From Dehalococcoidia bacterium (lineage in GTDB: Bacteria; Chloroflexota; Dehalococcoidia; Lucifugimonadales; Australimonadaceae): a DNA stretch of 64,000 nt. How positions within the stretch are numbered: the stretch's first letter is position 1; each line of letters begins with the position of its first letter. Under the pieces are notes generated by a model. The model searched no databases. It worked only from the letters and a program-made list of their open reading frames with translations, and was not told where the DNA came from. Shown piece after piece: positions 24,825 through 34,882 of the stretch. The stretch is from NCBI GenBank assembly GCA_965220225.1, contig OZ244813.1, forward strand, positions 1,506,991 to 1,570,990, given 5' to 3'. A program made the translations under genes and the position numbers.

Positions 24825-26048
24825 ATGACCGGCGACGCTCACCAGTTCCTCCCGGACGGCCTCGTGACCAGTTCCCAGCGGTTCATCGCGGGCGGCTCCT
24901 ACGTTGGCCTCAAGACCTACGCGCCCGACAAGAAGGACGTGGGGCTGCTTCTCTCAGAGTTGCCGTGCCGAACGGCGGGCGTCTACACCACCAACAGGTT
25001 CGTTTCGCCGTCCGTGACGCTCACCCGGCGGAACGTCGACGCCGGCAAGGTGCGAGGCGTGTTCGTGACCAGCGGCATCGCCAACGCCGGGGTCGGCGAG
25101 CAGGGCATGACGGACATCGAGGAATGTTTGCAACTCGCTGCCGACCACCTCGGGATCGAACCCGGAGAACTGGGCGCGGGTACCACGGGCGTCATCGGCG
25201 TCGAGTTGCCCATGGCGCTCGTCCGTAGCGGCATGTCCGGCATCACCGTTGATCGGGACGGCGGCGCCGCGTTCGCCCGCGCCATCATGACGACCGACCG
25301 CGTGCCCAAGTCCGCCGCGGTGACGTTCACCTGCTCGGGCGGCGAGACGGTCACCATCGGCGGCTGTGTGAAGGGCTCCGGCATGATCCACCCGAACATG
25401 GCCACGATGCTGGCGTTCCTCACGACGGACGCCGCCGTGGACGGCGCATTCCTGGACGCCGCGCTCCGCAACTGCTCCGACGACACGTTCAACATGGTGA
25501 CGATAGACGGTGACACCAGCACGAACGATATGGTGCTGCTGCTGGCCAACGGCGCGGCGGGCAATGCGGAGATAGGCGAAGGGTCGACAGACGCGGAAGC
25601 GTTCGCAGCTGCGCTTCATGCCCTCTGCTCCCACCTCTCGCGCGAACTCGTGAAGGACGCCGAAGGCTCCGAGAAGGTCTTCTCGGTGCGCGTGGCGGGG
25701 GCTGCGAGCAAGAACGACGCCCGGCTCGCGGCACGCGCCATCGCGGCCTCCACGCTGGTGAAGTCGGCGATACACGGCAACGACCCGAACTGGGGGCGCG
25801 TCGTCTGCGCGGCGGGCTACAGCGGCGCGGACCTGGACGTGAGCAAGGTCTCTTTCTTCATCAACGACGTCGCCATCATGGAGGCGGGGACGCCGATACC
25901 GTTCCACCGCGAGAGCGTCATCGCCATCATGAGCAGGGACGAGGTCGCACTCACGGTAACGCTGGGTCTGGGCGGGCACGAGGCAACAGCGTGGGGCTGT
26001 GAACTCACGGAAGAGTACGTGGTGTTCAACAGCGCCTACACCACGTAG
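24825..26048 (+). CDS. argJ: bifunctional ornithine acetyltransferase / N-acetylglutamate synthase
   Basis: Autoprocessing-site context GMIHPNMATMLAFLTTDA. MTTDRVPK and NDPNWGR motifs. Confidence 0.95.
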   Translation: MTGDAHQFLPDGLVTSSQRFIAGGSYVGLKTYAPDKKDVGLLLSELPCRTAGVYTTNRFVSPSVTLTRRNVDAGKVRGVFVTSGIANAGVGEQGMTDIEECLQLAADHLGIEPGELGAGTTGVIGVELPMALVRSGMSGITVDRDGGAAFARAIMTTDRVPKSAAVTFTCSGGETVTIGGCVKGSGMIHPNMATMLAFLTTDAAVDGAFLDAALRNCSDDTFNMVTIDGDTSTNDMVLLLANGAAGNAEIGEGSTDAEAFAAALHALCSHLSRELVKDAEGSEKVFSVRVAGAASKNDARLAARAIAASTLVKSAIHGNDPNWGRVVCAAGYSGADLDVSKVSFFINDVAIMEAGTPIPFHRESVIAIMSRDEVALTVTLGLGGHEATAWGCELTEEYVVFNSAYTT

Positions 26049-26076
26049 AAGCGCCGCGCCCTGCGCGAAGGCTCTC

Positions 26077-26853
26077 ATGGAAGCAGACAGCCCCATCATC
26101 CTCATCAAGATCGGCGGCAGCACGCTGGGCTCCGAGGACACGTCCTTCGCCGACGTGGCCGCTTTGCAGAGGGAAGGTGCGCGCCCCGTCATCGTCCACG
26201 GCGGCGGGCCTGCGATCACGTCGTGGATGGCGAAGCTTGGCATCCATGCCGAGTTTGTGCGCGGACTGCGCGTCACGGACGGACCGAGCCTGGAAGTGGC
26301 GACGGCGGTGCTTGCGGGCCTCATCAACAAGCAGTTGGTTTCGGAGATGCGGACCCTTGGAGTGAACGCCGTCGGCGTCTCCGGCGCGGACGGCGGCCTG
26401 TTGTGCGGACGCATCACTGACCCTGACCTGGGGTTCGTTGCGGGGGAACTGGAGGCCGACGCGTCGCTCATCGAGCGGTTGACGGACGACGGCTACGTGC
26501 CGGTCATCGCGCCTGTCGCAGCCAGCGCGGACGACGCGGGACAACTGCTGAACGTCAACGCGGACTCGGCTGCGGGCGCGCTCGCCGTCGCCCTGGGCGC
26601 GCAACGCCTGGTGTTCCTGACCGACGTCGACGGCATCCTGAACGCGGACGGACGCCTCATCAAGCGCGTTCCGCTCGCGACGGGAGAGGAGTTGCTGCAC
26701 TCCGGCATCGTGAAGGGCGGGATGCTGCCGAAACTCGAGGCGTGCATCCTGGCGGCGCGGTCCGGCGTGCAGGCCGGGATCATCAACGGAACGAGCGCCG
26801 GAGCGCTGCCCTCTTGGCTGGAGGGTTCGCTCTCCGGTACGGCGGTCGTCTGA
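26077..26853 (+). CDS. argB: acetylglutamate kinase
   Basis: ILIKIGGS, PVIVHGGGP, GLRVTD and LLNVNADSAAGALA motifs. ATG at 26077. Confidence 0.93.
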   Translation: MEADSPIILIKIGGSTLGSEDTSFADVAALQREGARPVIVHGGGPAITSWMAKLGIHAEFVRGLRVTDGPSLEVATAVLAGLINKQLVSEMRTLGVNAVGVSGADGGLLCGRITDPDLGFVAGELEADASLIERLTDDGYVPVIAPVAASADDAGQLLNVNADSAAGALAVALGAQRLVFLTDVDGILNADGRLIKRVPLATGEELLHSGIVKGGMLPKLEACILAARSGVQAGIINGTSAGALPSWLEGSLSGTAVV

Positions 26854-26866
26854 AGAGCGGAAGGCC

Positions 26867-29800
26867 ATGACCACACGCCCCCCGGATGACTTCGAGGAAG
26901 GCGAACTGCCGGAGTGGCTGCGAACGCTCTTCTCCCGGGAGAGCCTCTTCTTCCAGGCGGGCGTCGTCATCGCGGGGCTGTTCGCGCTCTACCTGCTGCT
27001 GGACCTGCTCCGCGGGGCGTACGCGAACTGGCTCTGGTTCTCCAATCTGGGCCTGCGCAGCGTCTACAGCACCGTGCTGTTCACGCGCATCTGGCTCTTC
27101 ATCGCCGGGCTGCTGGTGAGCGGCGGGGCGCTCTGGCTGAGCTACTACGCCGCGTTCCGGTATGCGTGGGGCGAGAGCGTCTTCCGCTTCTCGATCGCGA
27201 CGGTCCAGTGGATACGGCTGTCGCTCATCGTCGGTTCGGTGGCGATGGGCGGCTTCATCGCGTTCACGTTCGCGTCCAGCCTCGCGAACCAGTACGGCAA
27301 CTTCCTGCTGCTCATGAACGCGGCAGACTTCGGTATCGAGGACCCGCAGTTCGGCAACGACGTCGGCTTCTACACGTTCATCCTGCCCGCACTGCACACC
27401 GTACAGGGATGGCTGATGGGCCTCGCCCTCGTGACCCTGGTCACGACTGCGGGACTGTATATGCTCATCTTCAGCGCGCGCGGGATAAATCCCGTCATCG
27501 GTACGGGAGCGCGCACGCAGCTGGCGCTCACGGGCGCCTGGCTCATGGCAACGATAGCCTTTGCCCACTTCCTCGATCGCTACGAGACGCTCTTCTCCCC
27601 CGCGGGCGCGGTGACCGGCACTGCCTACACCGACGTGAACGCGCGGCTGCCGGCCCTGCTCGTGCTCACCGTCATCGCGCTGCTGTCCGCGGGCATCATG
27701 CTCTACGCGATACGCGTGGCGAACCTGCGGCAATCGCTCCGGCTCATCTTCGCGGCGTTCGGACTGTGGCTCATCGCGGGGATAGTTGCGGGACTCGGAT
27801 GGCCCGCGCTGACACAGCGCCTCGCCGTGGCGCCGTCCGAGTTGCAGCGCGAGCGCCCCTACATCGAGCGCAACATCGAATGGACGCGCCGCGGCTTCGA
27901 CCTCGGCCGCATAGACACCCGGCTGCACGACGTGCGGGAGGAGACCCTGGCGGAGGGCATCGCCCAGAGTCCCGAGACGATACGGAACATACGCCTGTGG
28001 GACCCGCGCCCGCTGGAAGCCGTGCTGAACCAGTTGCAGCACCTGCGCCTCTACTACTCGTTCCTGGACGTCGACGTGGACCGGTACGTGGTGGACGGAG
28101 AGTACCGGCAGGTCCTCCTCGGCGCGCGCGAACTCTTCCAGAGCGGACTGGACGACGCCGCGCAGAACTGGGTGAACCGCGCTGTCATCTACACCCATGG
28201 CTATGGCGCGGTGATGAGCACCGCCACGACGTTCAGCGAGTCCGGCCAGCCCGACTTCATCGTCCGGGACGTTCCTCCCACCGGCGCGTTCGAGATCACG
28301 CAGCCCCGCATCTACTACGGCGAGGCGTACGGCATCGGCGATGACGAATATATCGCCCGCCTGAACCTCGACGCGGACGTGGCGGAAGACATCCGGGCGG
28401 GCATCGTCACGAACGACGCGATTGTCGTGAACACGAACGAGCCTCAATTCGACCGCCCCGCCGGGGAGGAGACCGGGAGCCCTGCGTTCATCGACCGTTA
28501 CGACGGCGAGGGCGGGGTCCCGCTCAGCAGCTTCTTCAAGCGCGCCGTCTACGCATGGGAGCTGCTCGACGTCAACATCCTGCTCAGCCGCCAACTCACG
28601 CCGGAGAGCAAGGTGCTCTACCGCCGCAACATCAGGGAGCGCGTCGGCGAGGTTGCGCCGTTCCTCGAACTCGACGACGACCCGTACCTCGTCATCAACG
28701 ACGGGCACCTGTACTGGATACAGGACGCCTTCACGACGACCGACCGCTTCCCGTACTCCCGCCGCATCGACGGGGGCCGCATCGGCTTCGCTGCCCAGCG
28801 CGAGGAGTTCCCCGGGTTCCAGCGGCCGTTCAACTACATCCGCAACAGCGTCAAGGTGGTGATAGACGCCTACGACGGCTCCATGGAGTTCTACACCATC
28901 GAGACGGGCGGGCCCGACCCCGTGCTGCAGACCTACCGCAACATCTTCCCCGACCTGTTCACACCCATCGAGAAGATGCCACCCGGACTGCGCGAGCACA
29001 TCCGTTACCCGGAGGAGTTGCTGCGCGCCCAGGCCGACACTTTCCTCCAGTACCACATGACGGACGTGAAGGAGTTCTTCCTGAAGGAGGACGAGTGGGA
29101 GTTCGCGGAAGAGGTCGTTGGCACGGACGTGATCGATGACGACGGGAACCGGCTTGGCCCGCGGAACCGCACCATCACTCCCTACTACGTCATCATGAGG
29201 GTGCCCGGAGAGGACGTGACGGAATTCGTCCTCATCCTGCCGTTCACGCCCAAGGACAAGCCCAACCTGGTGGCGTGGATGGCGGCCCGCTCCGACGGCC
29301 CGAACTACGGAGAGAACATCGTCTTCGAGTTCCCGCGTGAGCGCATCTTCAATGGCCCGAGCCAGATCGAAGCGCGCATCGACAACGACCCGGTCATATC
29401 GGAGCAGTTCACGCTGTGGAACCAGTCCGGCTCGCAGGTGTACCGCGGCAACCTGCTCGTCATACCCATAGGGGAGACGTTGCTCTACGCGGAGCCGATC
29501 TACCTGCGGGCGGAGTCGCTGGCGTTCCCGGAGCTGAAGCGCGTCATCCTCGCAACCAATACCAAGGTCGTCATGGAACCGACGCTCGATCAGGCAGTGG
29601 CGGCGCTGCTCGGCGGCGCACCGACCGCCATCGTCCCGGACGGCGGAACGCCTGCGGAAGACATCGGCATATCACGCAACGAATTGCTGCGCATTCTCGA
29701 CGAAATCGCGCAGGCGTTAGAATCTATGCAGGGCGGCGCACAGGACCTGGATGAGTCCGTGCAAGCTCTGCGAGACCTCATAGGGGAGACCAACCGATGA
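26867..29800 (+). CDS. UPF0182 family large membrane protein
   Basis: 977 aa. It has about 7 N-terminal TM helices and a large soluble region with YVQYHM-like and LLVIPIG...LYAEPIYL motifs typical of UPF0182. Confidence 0.85.
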   Translation: MTTRPPDDFEEGELPEWLRTLFSRESLFFQAGVVIAGLFALYLLLDLLRGAYANWLWFSNLGLRSVYSTVLFTRIWLFIAGLLVSGGALWLSYYAAFRYAWGESVFRFSIATVQWIRLSLIVGSVAMGGFIAFTFASSLANQYGNFLLLMNAADFGIEDPQFGNDVGFYTFILPALHTVQGWLMGLALVTLVTTAGLYMLIFSARGINPVIGTGARTQLALTGAWLMATIAFAHFLDRYETLFSPAGAVTGTAYTDVNARLPALLVLTVIALLSAGIMLYAIRVANLRQSLRLIFAAFGLWLIAGIVAGLGWPALTQRLAVAPSELQRERPYIERNIEWTRRGFDLGRIDTRLHDVREETLAEGIAQSPETIRNIRLWDPRPLEAVLNQLQHLRLYYSFLDVDVDRYVVDGEYRQVLLGARELFQSGLDDAAQNWVNRAVIYTHGYGAVMSTATTFSESGQPDFIVRDVPPTGAFEITQPRIYYGEAYGIGDDEYIARLNLDADVAEDIRAGIVTNDAIVVNTNEPQFDRPAGEETGSPAFIDRYDGEGGVPLSSFFKRAVYAWELLDVNILLSRQLTPESKVLYRRNIRERVGEVAPFLELDDDPYLVINDGHLYWIQDAFTTTDRFPYSRRIDGGRIGFAAQREEFPGFQRPFNYIRNSVKVVIDAYDGSMEFYTIETGGPDPVLQTYRNIFPDLFTPIEKMPPGLREHIRYPEELLRAQADTFLQYHMTDVKEFFLKEDEWEFAEEVVGTDVIDDDGNRLGPRNRTITPYYVIMRVPGEDVTEFVLILPFTPKDKPNLVAWMAARSDGPNYGENIVFEFPRERIFNGPSQIEARIDNDPVISEQFTLWNQSGSQVYRGNLLVIPIGETLLYAEPIYLRAESLAFPELKRVILATNTKVVMEPTLDQAVAALLGGAPTAIVPDGGTPAEDIGISRNELLRILDEIAQALESMQGGAQDLDESVQALRDLIGETNR

Positions 29801-31017
29801 CCACTGACTCCACGGCACGCGACTCCGCCTACTGGATGGCGCAGGAGTCCGAGTACTACGTACACACGTTCAACCGCCAACCCATCGTGGTGGCCCGGGG
29901 CGAAGGCGCGCGCGTCTGGGACGTCGAGGGCAATGAATACCTCGACTTCACCGCGGGGCTGGCCGTCACCTGCTTGGGGCACTCCCACCCCGTCGTCGCC
30001 GAGGCGATACGGGAGCAGGCCGGGACCATCATGCAGATGTCCAACCTGTACTACACCGTGCCGCAGTTGGAACTTGCGCAACTGCTGGTGGAGAACAGTT
30101 GCATGGACAAGGTGTTCTTCGCCAACAGCGGCGTCGAGGCGAACGAGGGTGCGGTGAAGCTCGCCCGGAAGTACGGCAGGCTCCACCGCAACGGCGCGCA
30201 GAGCATCATCACCGTCCTCAACTCATTCCACGGCAGGACGCTTGCCATGATCGCCGCGACGGGCCAACCCGCCTACCAGCAGGCCTGGCTCCCCCTCGCA
30301 GAGGGCTTCACGAACGTCCCCTACGACGACCTCGACGCGATCCGTGAGGCCACGACCGACGACACCTGCGCCATCATGGTCGAGGTGCTCCAGGGTGAGG
30401 GCGGCGTCAACGTCCCCACGGAGGGCTACCTGAAGGGCCTGCGGGAGTGGTGCGACGAGCAGAACATCCTCCTCATCTTCGACGAGATACAGACCGGCAT
30501 GGGCCGCCTCGGCACGCTCTGGGGCTACGAGCACTTCGGCGTCGAACCGGACGTGATGACGGTCGCCAAGGGCCTCGGCAACGGCGTGCCGGTCGGTGCG
30601 TTCCTCTGCAAGGAGCGCTGCAACGTACTGGAGCCGGGCGACCACGGCAGCACGTTCGGGGGCAACGTCCTTGCCACGGCAGCGGGGCGGGCGACGCTCG
30701 GCTACATGATCGAGAACGACATCCCCGGACACGCGGCGCGGGTCGGTGCGTACCTGCACGCGAAACTGGAAGAGTTCGTGACAGCCCACGCTCCCGCGAC
30801 CGTAGGCACGCGTGGCGCCGGGCTGCTGCAGGCGTTGCTCTTCGACCAGCCCATAGCGCGCGCTGTGGTTACAGCCGCGAATGCCGAAGGCGTGCTGCTC
30901 AACCCCGTGCTTCCGAACGCCATACGTTTCATGCCCGCGCTCATCATCACCGAGGCGGACGTCGACGAGTGCCTGGCCAAGCTCGACGCCGCCCTCACGA
31001 AGACACTGGCCGCCTAG
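29797..31017 (+). CDS. argD: acetylornithine aminotransferase
   Basis: Class-III aminotransferase motifs SGVEANEGAVKLAR, DEIQTGMGRLG and TVAKGLGNG. The start overlaps the upstream stop (ATGA). Confidence 0.93.
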   Translation: MTTDSTARDSAYWMAQESEYYVHTFNRQPIVVARGEGARVWDVEGNEYLDFTAGLAVTCLGHSHPVVAEAIREQAGTIMQMSNLYYTVPQLELAQLLVENSCMDKVFFANSGVEANEGAVKLARKYGRLHRNGAQSIITVLNSFHGRTLAMIAATGQPAYQQAWLPLAEGFTNVPYDDLDAIREATTDDTCAIMVEVLQGEGGVNVPTEGYLKGLREWCDEQNILLIFDEIQTGMGRLGTLWGYEHFGVEPDVMTVAKGLGNGVPVGAFLCKERCNVLEPGDHGSTFGGNVLATAAGRATLGYMIENDIPGHAARVGAYLHAKLEEFVTAHAPATVGTRGAGLLQALLFDQPIARAVVTAANAEGVLLNPVLPNAIRFMPALIITEADVDECLAKLDAALTKTLAA

Positions 31018-31054
31018 GCGGCATACTGCACACCGGAAAGGAACCCGCTTCTTC

Positions 31055-32254
31055 ATGGCTGACAAGATCGTTCTCGCTTACAGCGGGGGTCTCGACACCT
31101 CCGTTGCCATCCGCTGGCTGCAGGAGCAGTACGGCGCTGACATCGCCACGCTCACGATGGACCTGGGCGGACAGGTGGACCTGGAGGCGGCGCGGCAGCG
31201 GGCGCTCGACATCGGGGCGATGCGAGCCGACGTGATGGACGCACGTGAGGAGTTCGTGCGCGACTTCGTCTGGCCCGCGCTGCGGGCAGGCGCGATCTAC
31301 GAAGGCGTCTACCCGCTGGCGACCGCGCTCGGCAGGCCTCTCATCGCCAAGCATCTCGTGCGCATCGCTCTGGAGGAAGGGGCGTCCGGCATCGCCCACG
31401 GCTGCACCGGCAAGGGGAACGACCAGGTACGGTTCGACGTGAGCGCGGGCGCGCTCGCCCCGGCGCTCAAGGTCGTCGCGCCCGCTCGCGAGTGGGGCAT
31501 GACCCGCGACGACGAGATCGCCTACGCGCAGCAGCGCGACATCCCGCTGGACCTCAACAAGCGCAGCTCCTACTCGACGGACGAGAACCTGTGGGGACGC
31601 AGCATCGAGGCCGGCGATCTCGAGGACCCGTGGATGGAGCCGCCGGAAGAGGCGTATGCATGGACGGTCTCCGTCGGTGCTGCGCCCGAAGAGCTGCGCT
31701 CGGTGGAGATACGCTTCGCGGAAGGTGTCCCGGTCGCTATCGACGGCGAGGAGCTGGGCGGCGTTGCGCTCATCGAACTGCTGAACGAGGTCGCGGGCGC
31801 GCATGGCGTGGGGCGCATCGACCACGTCGAGAACCGGCTGGTCGGCATCAAGTCGCGCGAGATCTACGAGGCCCCCGCCGCGACGGTGCTGCACCTGGCC
31901 CACCGCTCGCTCGAGCAGATGTGTCTCACGAAAGAGCAGTCCCGCTTCAAGGAGCGGCTCGCGCAGGAGTACGCCGACCTCGTCTACAACGGGCTCTGGT
32001 TCACCGCCCACCGCCGCGACCTGGACGCCTACGTCCTCAGCACCCAGCGTCACGTGAACGGCACGGTGCGCGTCCGCCTCCACAAGGGCAGCGCGACGGT
32101 GACCGGACGCGAGAGCGCCGAGTCTCTCTACCGCCACGACCTTGCCACCTACGATGCCGGCGACACGTTCGACCACCAGGCGTCGGTCGGCTTCATCTCG
32201 GTGTTCGGACTGCCGGTGCGGACGCAGGCGCGAGTGCAGGGAGAGGCCGAGTAA
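31055..32254 (+). CDS. argG: argininosuccinate synthase
   Basis: AYSGGLDTS P-loop, GCTGKGNDQVRF and SRGENLWGRS-like (YSTDENLWGRS) motifs. Confidence 0.95.
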   Translation: MADKIVLAYSGGLDTSVAIRWLQEQYGADIATLTMDLGGQVDLEAARQRALDIGAMRADVMDAREEFVRDFVWPALRAGAIYEGVYPLATALGRPLIAKHLVRIALEEGASGIAHGCTGKGNDQVRFDVSAGALAPALKVVAPAREWGMTRDDEIAYAQQRDIPLDLNKRSSYSTDENLWGRSIEAGDLEDPWMEPPEEAYAWTVSVGAAPEELRSVEIRFAEGVPVAIDGEELGGVALIELLNEVAGAHGVGRIDHVENRLVGIKSREIYEAPAATVLHLAHRSLEQMCLTKEQSRFKERLAQEYADLVYNGLWFTAHRRDLDAYVLSTQRHVNGTVRVRLHKGSATVTGRESAESLYRHDLATYDAGDTFDHQASVGFISVFGLPVRTQARVQGEAE

Positions 32255-32261
32255 CCCCGCT

Positions 32262-33140
32262 GTGAGCGGCGCCCTCCTTGCGCTGGCCGCCGCCGCGATG
32301 CTCGGCCTCAACACGGCCGTCGTGCGGCGGAGCATGCTGCGCGCGTCCGCCTACAACGGCATCGTCATATCCATACTGCTCTCCGTGCCCCTGTTCGGGT
32401 TCCTAGCGCTCGTCTCCGGCCAACTCGTGCAACTCGGCGGGTTCACGGGCCTGCAGTACGCGGTCCTCGCCGTCGGCGGTATCCTGAACTTCCTCGGCGG
32501 ACGCTTCTCCCAGTTCCTCGCGATCCAGGCTGTGGGGGCGAACCTCACCTCGCCGGTGCGCGTCCTCTCCGCGCTCGTTGGCGCCGTCTTCGGCATAACG
32601 CTGCTGGGCGAGCAGGTCGACCTTCTGCGCGGCGCGGGCATCGCCCTGCTCATCGTCGCGCCGCTGGTCGCGTTCGCGCGGCCTCCGACAGTGCGCCTCG
32701 GTTCGCTGCAGATAGCGCGGGGCATCGTCTACGGACTCACCGCGGCGGCGACGTATGGCGGCTCGACCGTCCTGTTGCGCTGGGCGTTGGACGACTCCGG
32801 CCTCACGATGCTTGGCGGGCTTGTGGCGCACGGCGCGGCGGCGCTCGTGCTCATCGCCTCGTTCGCTCTGCCGGGGCGGCTGCGGGGTCTGCGGGAGGTC
32901 GACCGCACGGCGGTCAAGCTGTTCGTCGCCGTGACTGCCATCATGACGCTGGCGCAGGTGCTCCGGTTCGCGGCGCTCGAGTCCACGGATGCCGCCGTTG
33001 TCGCGCCGCTTACGGAGACGATGGCGTTCTTCGGCGTGGGGTTCGCGTTCCTGCTCAACCGCGAGACGGAAGCATTCAACCCGCTGGTGCTGCTCGGCAT
33101 CGTCCTCGCCGCCTCGGGGGCGATCGCCATTACACTCTGA
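32262..33140 (+). CDS. DMT superfamily (EamA-like) transporter
   Basis: GTG start. About 10 TM helices in two EamA-like halves. Confidence 0.7.
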   Translation: MSGALLALAAAAMLGLNTAVVRRSMLRASAYNGIVISILLSVPLFGFLALVSGQLVQLGGFTGLQYAVLAVGGILNFLGGRFSQFLAIQAVGANLTSPVRVLSALVGAVFGITLLGEQVDLLRGAGIALLIVAPLVAFARPPTVRLGSLQIARGIVYGLTAAATYGGSTVLLRWALDDSGLTMLGGLVAHGAAALVLIASFALPGRLRGLREVDRTAVKLFVAVTAIMTLAQVLRFAALESTDAAVVAPLTETMAFFGVGFAFLLNRETEAFNPLVLLGIVLAASGAIAITL

Positions 33141-33165
33141 CCACTCCAACGGAACGGAGGATGCG

Positions 33166-34053
33166 ATGCGTATCGGATGGATCGGCATAGGCCGCATGGG
33201 ACGCCCGATGGTGGAGAACCTCATCCGCAAGGGGTTCGACGTGACGGTGCAGAACCGCAGCCAGGGCAAGGTGCACGAGCTTGCCGCGATGGGCGCGACG
33301 CCCGGCGAGTCGTTCGCTGCTATGGGCGCTGAGTTGGACGAGGTGCACACCTGCCTACCGCAGACAGCCGTCGTGGAGGAGGTGCTGCTGGGCCGGGGCG
33401 GCGTACTCGAGCGTCCCAGGCAGGGGCTGGTCGTCGTCGACCACAGCACGATCCACCCGGACGCCGCGCGCGAGTTCTCCGCCATCGCGAAGGAACGCGG
33501 GGCGTCGTTCATCGACGCACCTGTCTCCGGCTCGGGCCCCGTCGCCGAGCGCGGCGAGCTGACCATCATGTGCGGCGGCGAGGAGGAAGCGTTCGCCGCG
33601 GCGCGCCCCGCCATGGAGGCGATGGGGCGCACCGTCGAGCTGATGGGCGCGTCCGGCTCCGGCGCGGCTACCAAGGTGGTGAGCAACGTTCTCATGGCGA
33701 CGAACCTCGCCGTGGCTATGGAGGCGCTGTTGCTCGCGGACAAGACGGGGCTGGACCTCGAGCGGCTGTTCGCCGTTATCCGGACGGCGTCGGGCGCGAG
33801 CCGCGCGTGGGAACGGAATGTGCCGCGCATCCTGAAGCGCGAGTTCGGCAAGGACGGCTCCGCCTGGCTCACGATGAAGGACCTCGACCACGCGCACGAG
33901 CTGGCGGTCGAGTTCGGGCTGGACCTGCAGGTCTTCCAGACGGGCCGCCGCTTCTGGCACGCCGTCGTAGAGGAGTACGGCCTGGGCGAAGAGGACCCCT
34001 CGCACGGCTTCACCGCGCTCGAACAGCGCCTCGGCGTCACGCTTGGGGGGTAG
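33166..34053 (+). CDS. NAD(P)-dependent oxidoreductase, 3-hydroxyisobutyrate/6-phosphogluconate dehydrogenase-like
   Basis: Rossmann motif IGWIGIGRMGRPMVENL. DAPVSGS and GSGAATKVVSN motifs. Confidence 0.85.
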   Translation: MRIGWIGIGRMGRPMVENLIRKGFDVTVQNRSQGKVHELAAMGATPGESFAAMGAELDEVHTCLPQTAVVEEVLLGRGGVLERPRQGLVVVDHSTIHPDAAREFSAIAKERGASFIDAPVSGSGPVAERGELTIMCGGEEEAFAAARPAMEAMGRTVELMGASGSGAATKVVSNVLMATNLAVAMEALLLADKTGLDLERLFAVIRTASGASRAWERNVPRILKREFGKDGSAWLTMKDLDHAHELAVEFGLDLQVFQTGRRFWHAVVEEYGLGEEDPSHGFTALEQRLGVTLGG

Positions 34054-34077
34054 GGCGTATCCTGCGGATCGTGAGAG

Positions 34078-34851
34078 GTGACTGACGTGCGGAAGTACCG
34101 CTGGCCGTTCGTGCTGTTCATCGGCGTGTCGTTCGTCGCGGAGTTGAGCCGCATTACCACGACATACATTCACGACGTGTCCAGCTCAAGCAACCCGGGC
34201 TCGCATGAACTGTCTCTCTGGCTACCGGGAGTGACAAGCCTCGTAACGGCCCTGCTGCTGGGCGTCCTCTACCTGCGTGTTCGGAACGTGGAACCGGCGA
34301 TCCTGCGCCTCGTTTGGAGTTGCACACTCGCGATTGCGGTCATGCAAGTGCCGCTATACCTGGGCGCTGTACTCGCGGGTTACGGGGACTCCCTGCCGCA
34401 GGTACTGTGGGTCCATACCTTCAACTCTGTGCTGTTGCTCCCGCTTTTGCTCTGGTTCGCCCGCCGAGCATCTAGGCTCAGCCTCACGCACGCCTTCTTC
34501 CTCGTCTTCATCATCGGGGGGCTGGCGTTGCCTGCCCTTCCGGGGTCCCTGCCGTTCTACTTTGATTGTCTCTGGAGACTGGCTGCGAGCGCGGTGGCAG
34601 TCTGGCTCCTGTCTGACTACGAGGCACGCGGGTACCGGTTCCGCCGGTTCGCCACTGCGACAGTGGTGGCAGCGTCAGGGCTGCTCTACCTGGAGTTGTA
34701 CCTGGGTTCTCTGTTTCACCCCGCGGCGAGCCTCATCGCCCTGCGGTGGTTCCCGCTGCAGAGCGTCATCGCTTACTTGCTATTCCCGATGCAGTTGATA
34801 TCGATCTACCTCGTCCGCGTGCGGCAGCCCGCAGCCGTAGAGCAGTCGTAA
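34078..34851 (+). CDS. hypothetical polytopic membrane protein
   Basis: About 7 hydrophobic helices. GTG start follows GAGAGG. No recognised family. Confidence 0.5.
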   Translation: MTDVRKYRWPFVLFIGVSFVAELSRITTTYIHDVSSSSNPGSHELSLWLPGVTSLVTALLLGVLYLRVRNVEPAILRLVWSCTLAIAVMQVPLYLGAVLAGYGDSLPQVLWVHTFNSVLLLPLLLWFARRASRLSLTHAFFLVFIIGGLALPALPGSLPFYFDCLWRLAASAVAVWLLSDYEARGYRFRRFATATVVAASGLLYLELYLGSLFHPAASLIALRWFPLQSVIAYLLFPMQLISIYLVRVRQPAAVEQS

Positions 34852-34882
34852 GCGGCCCTTCGCGTACAATAGACGCGACGCC

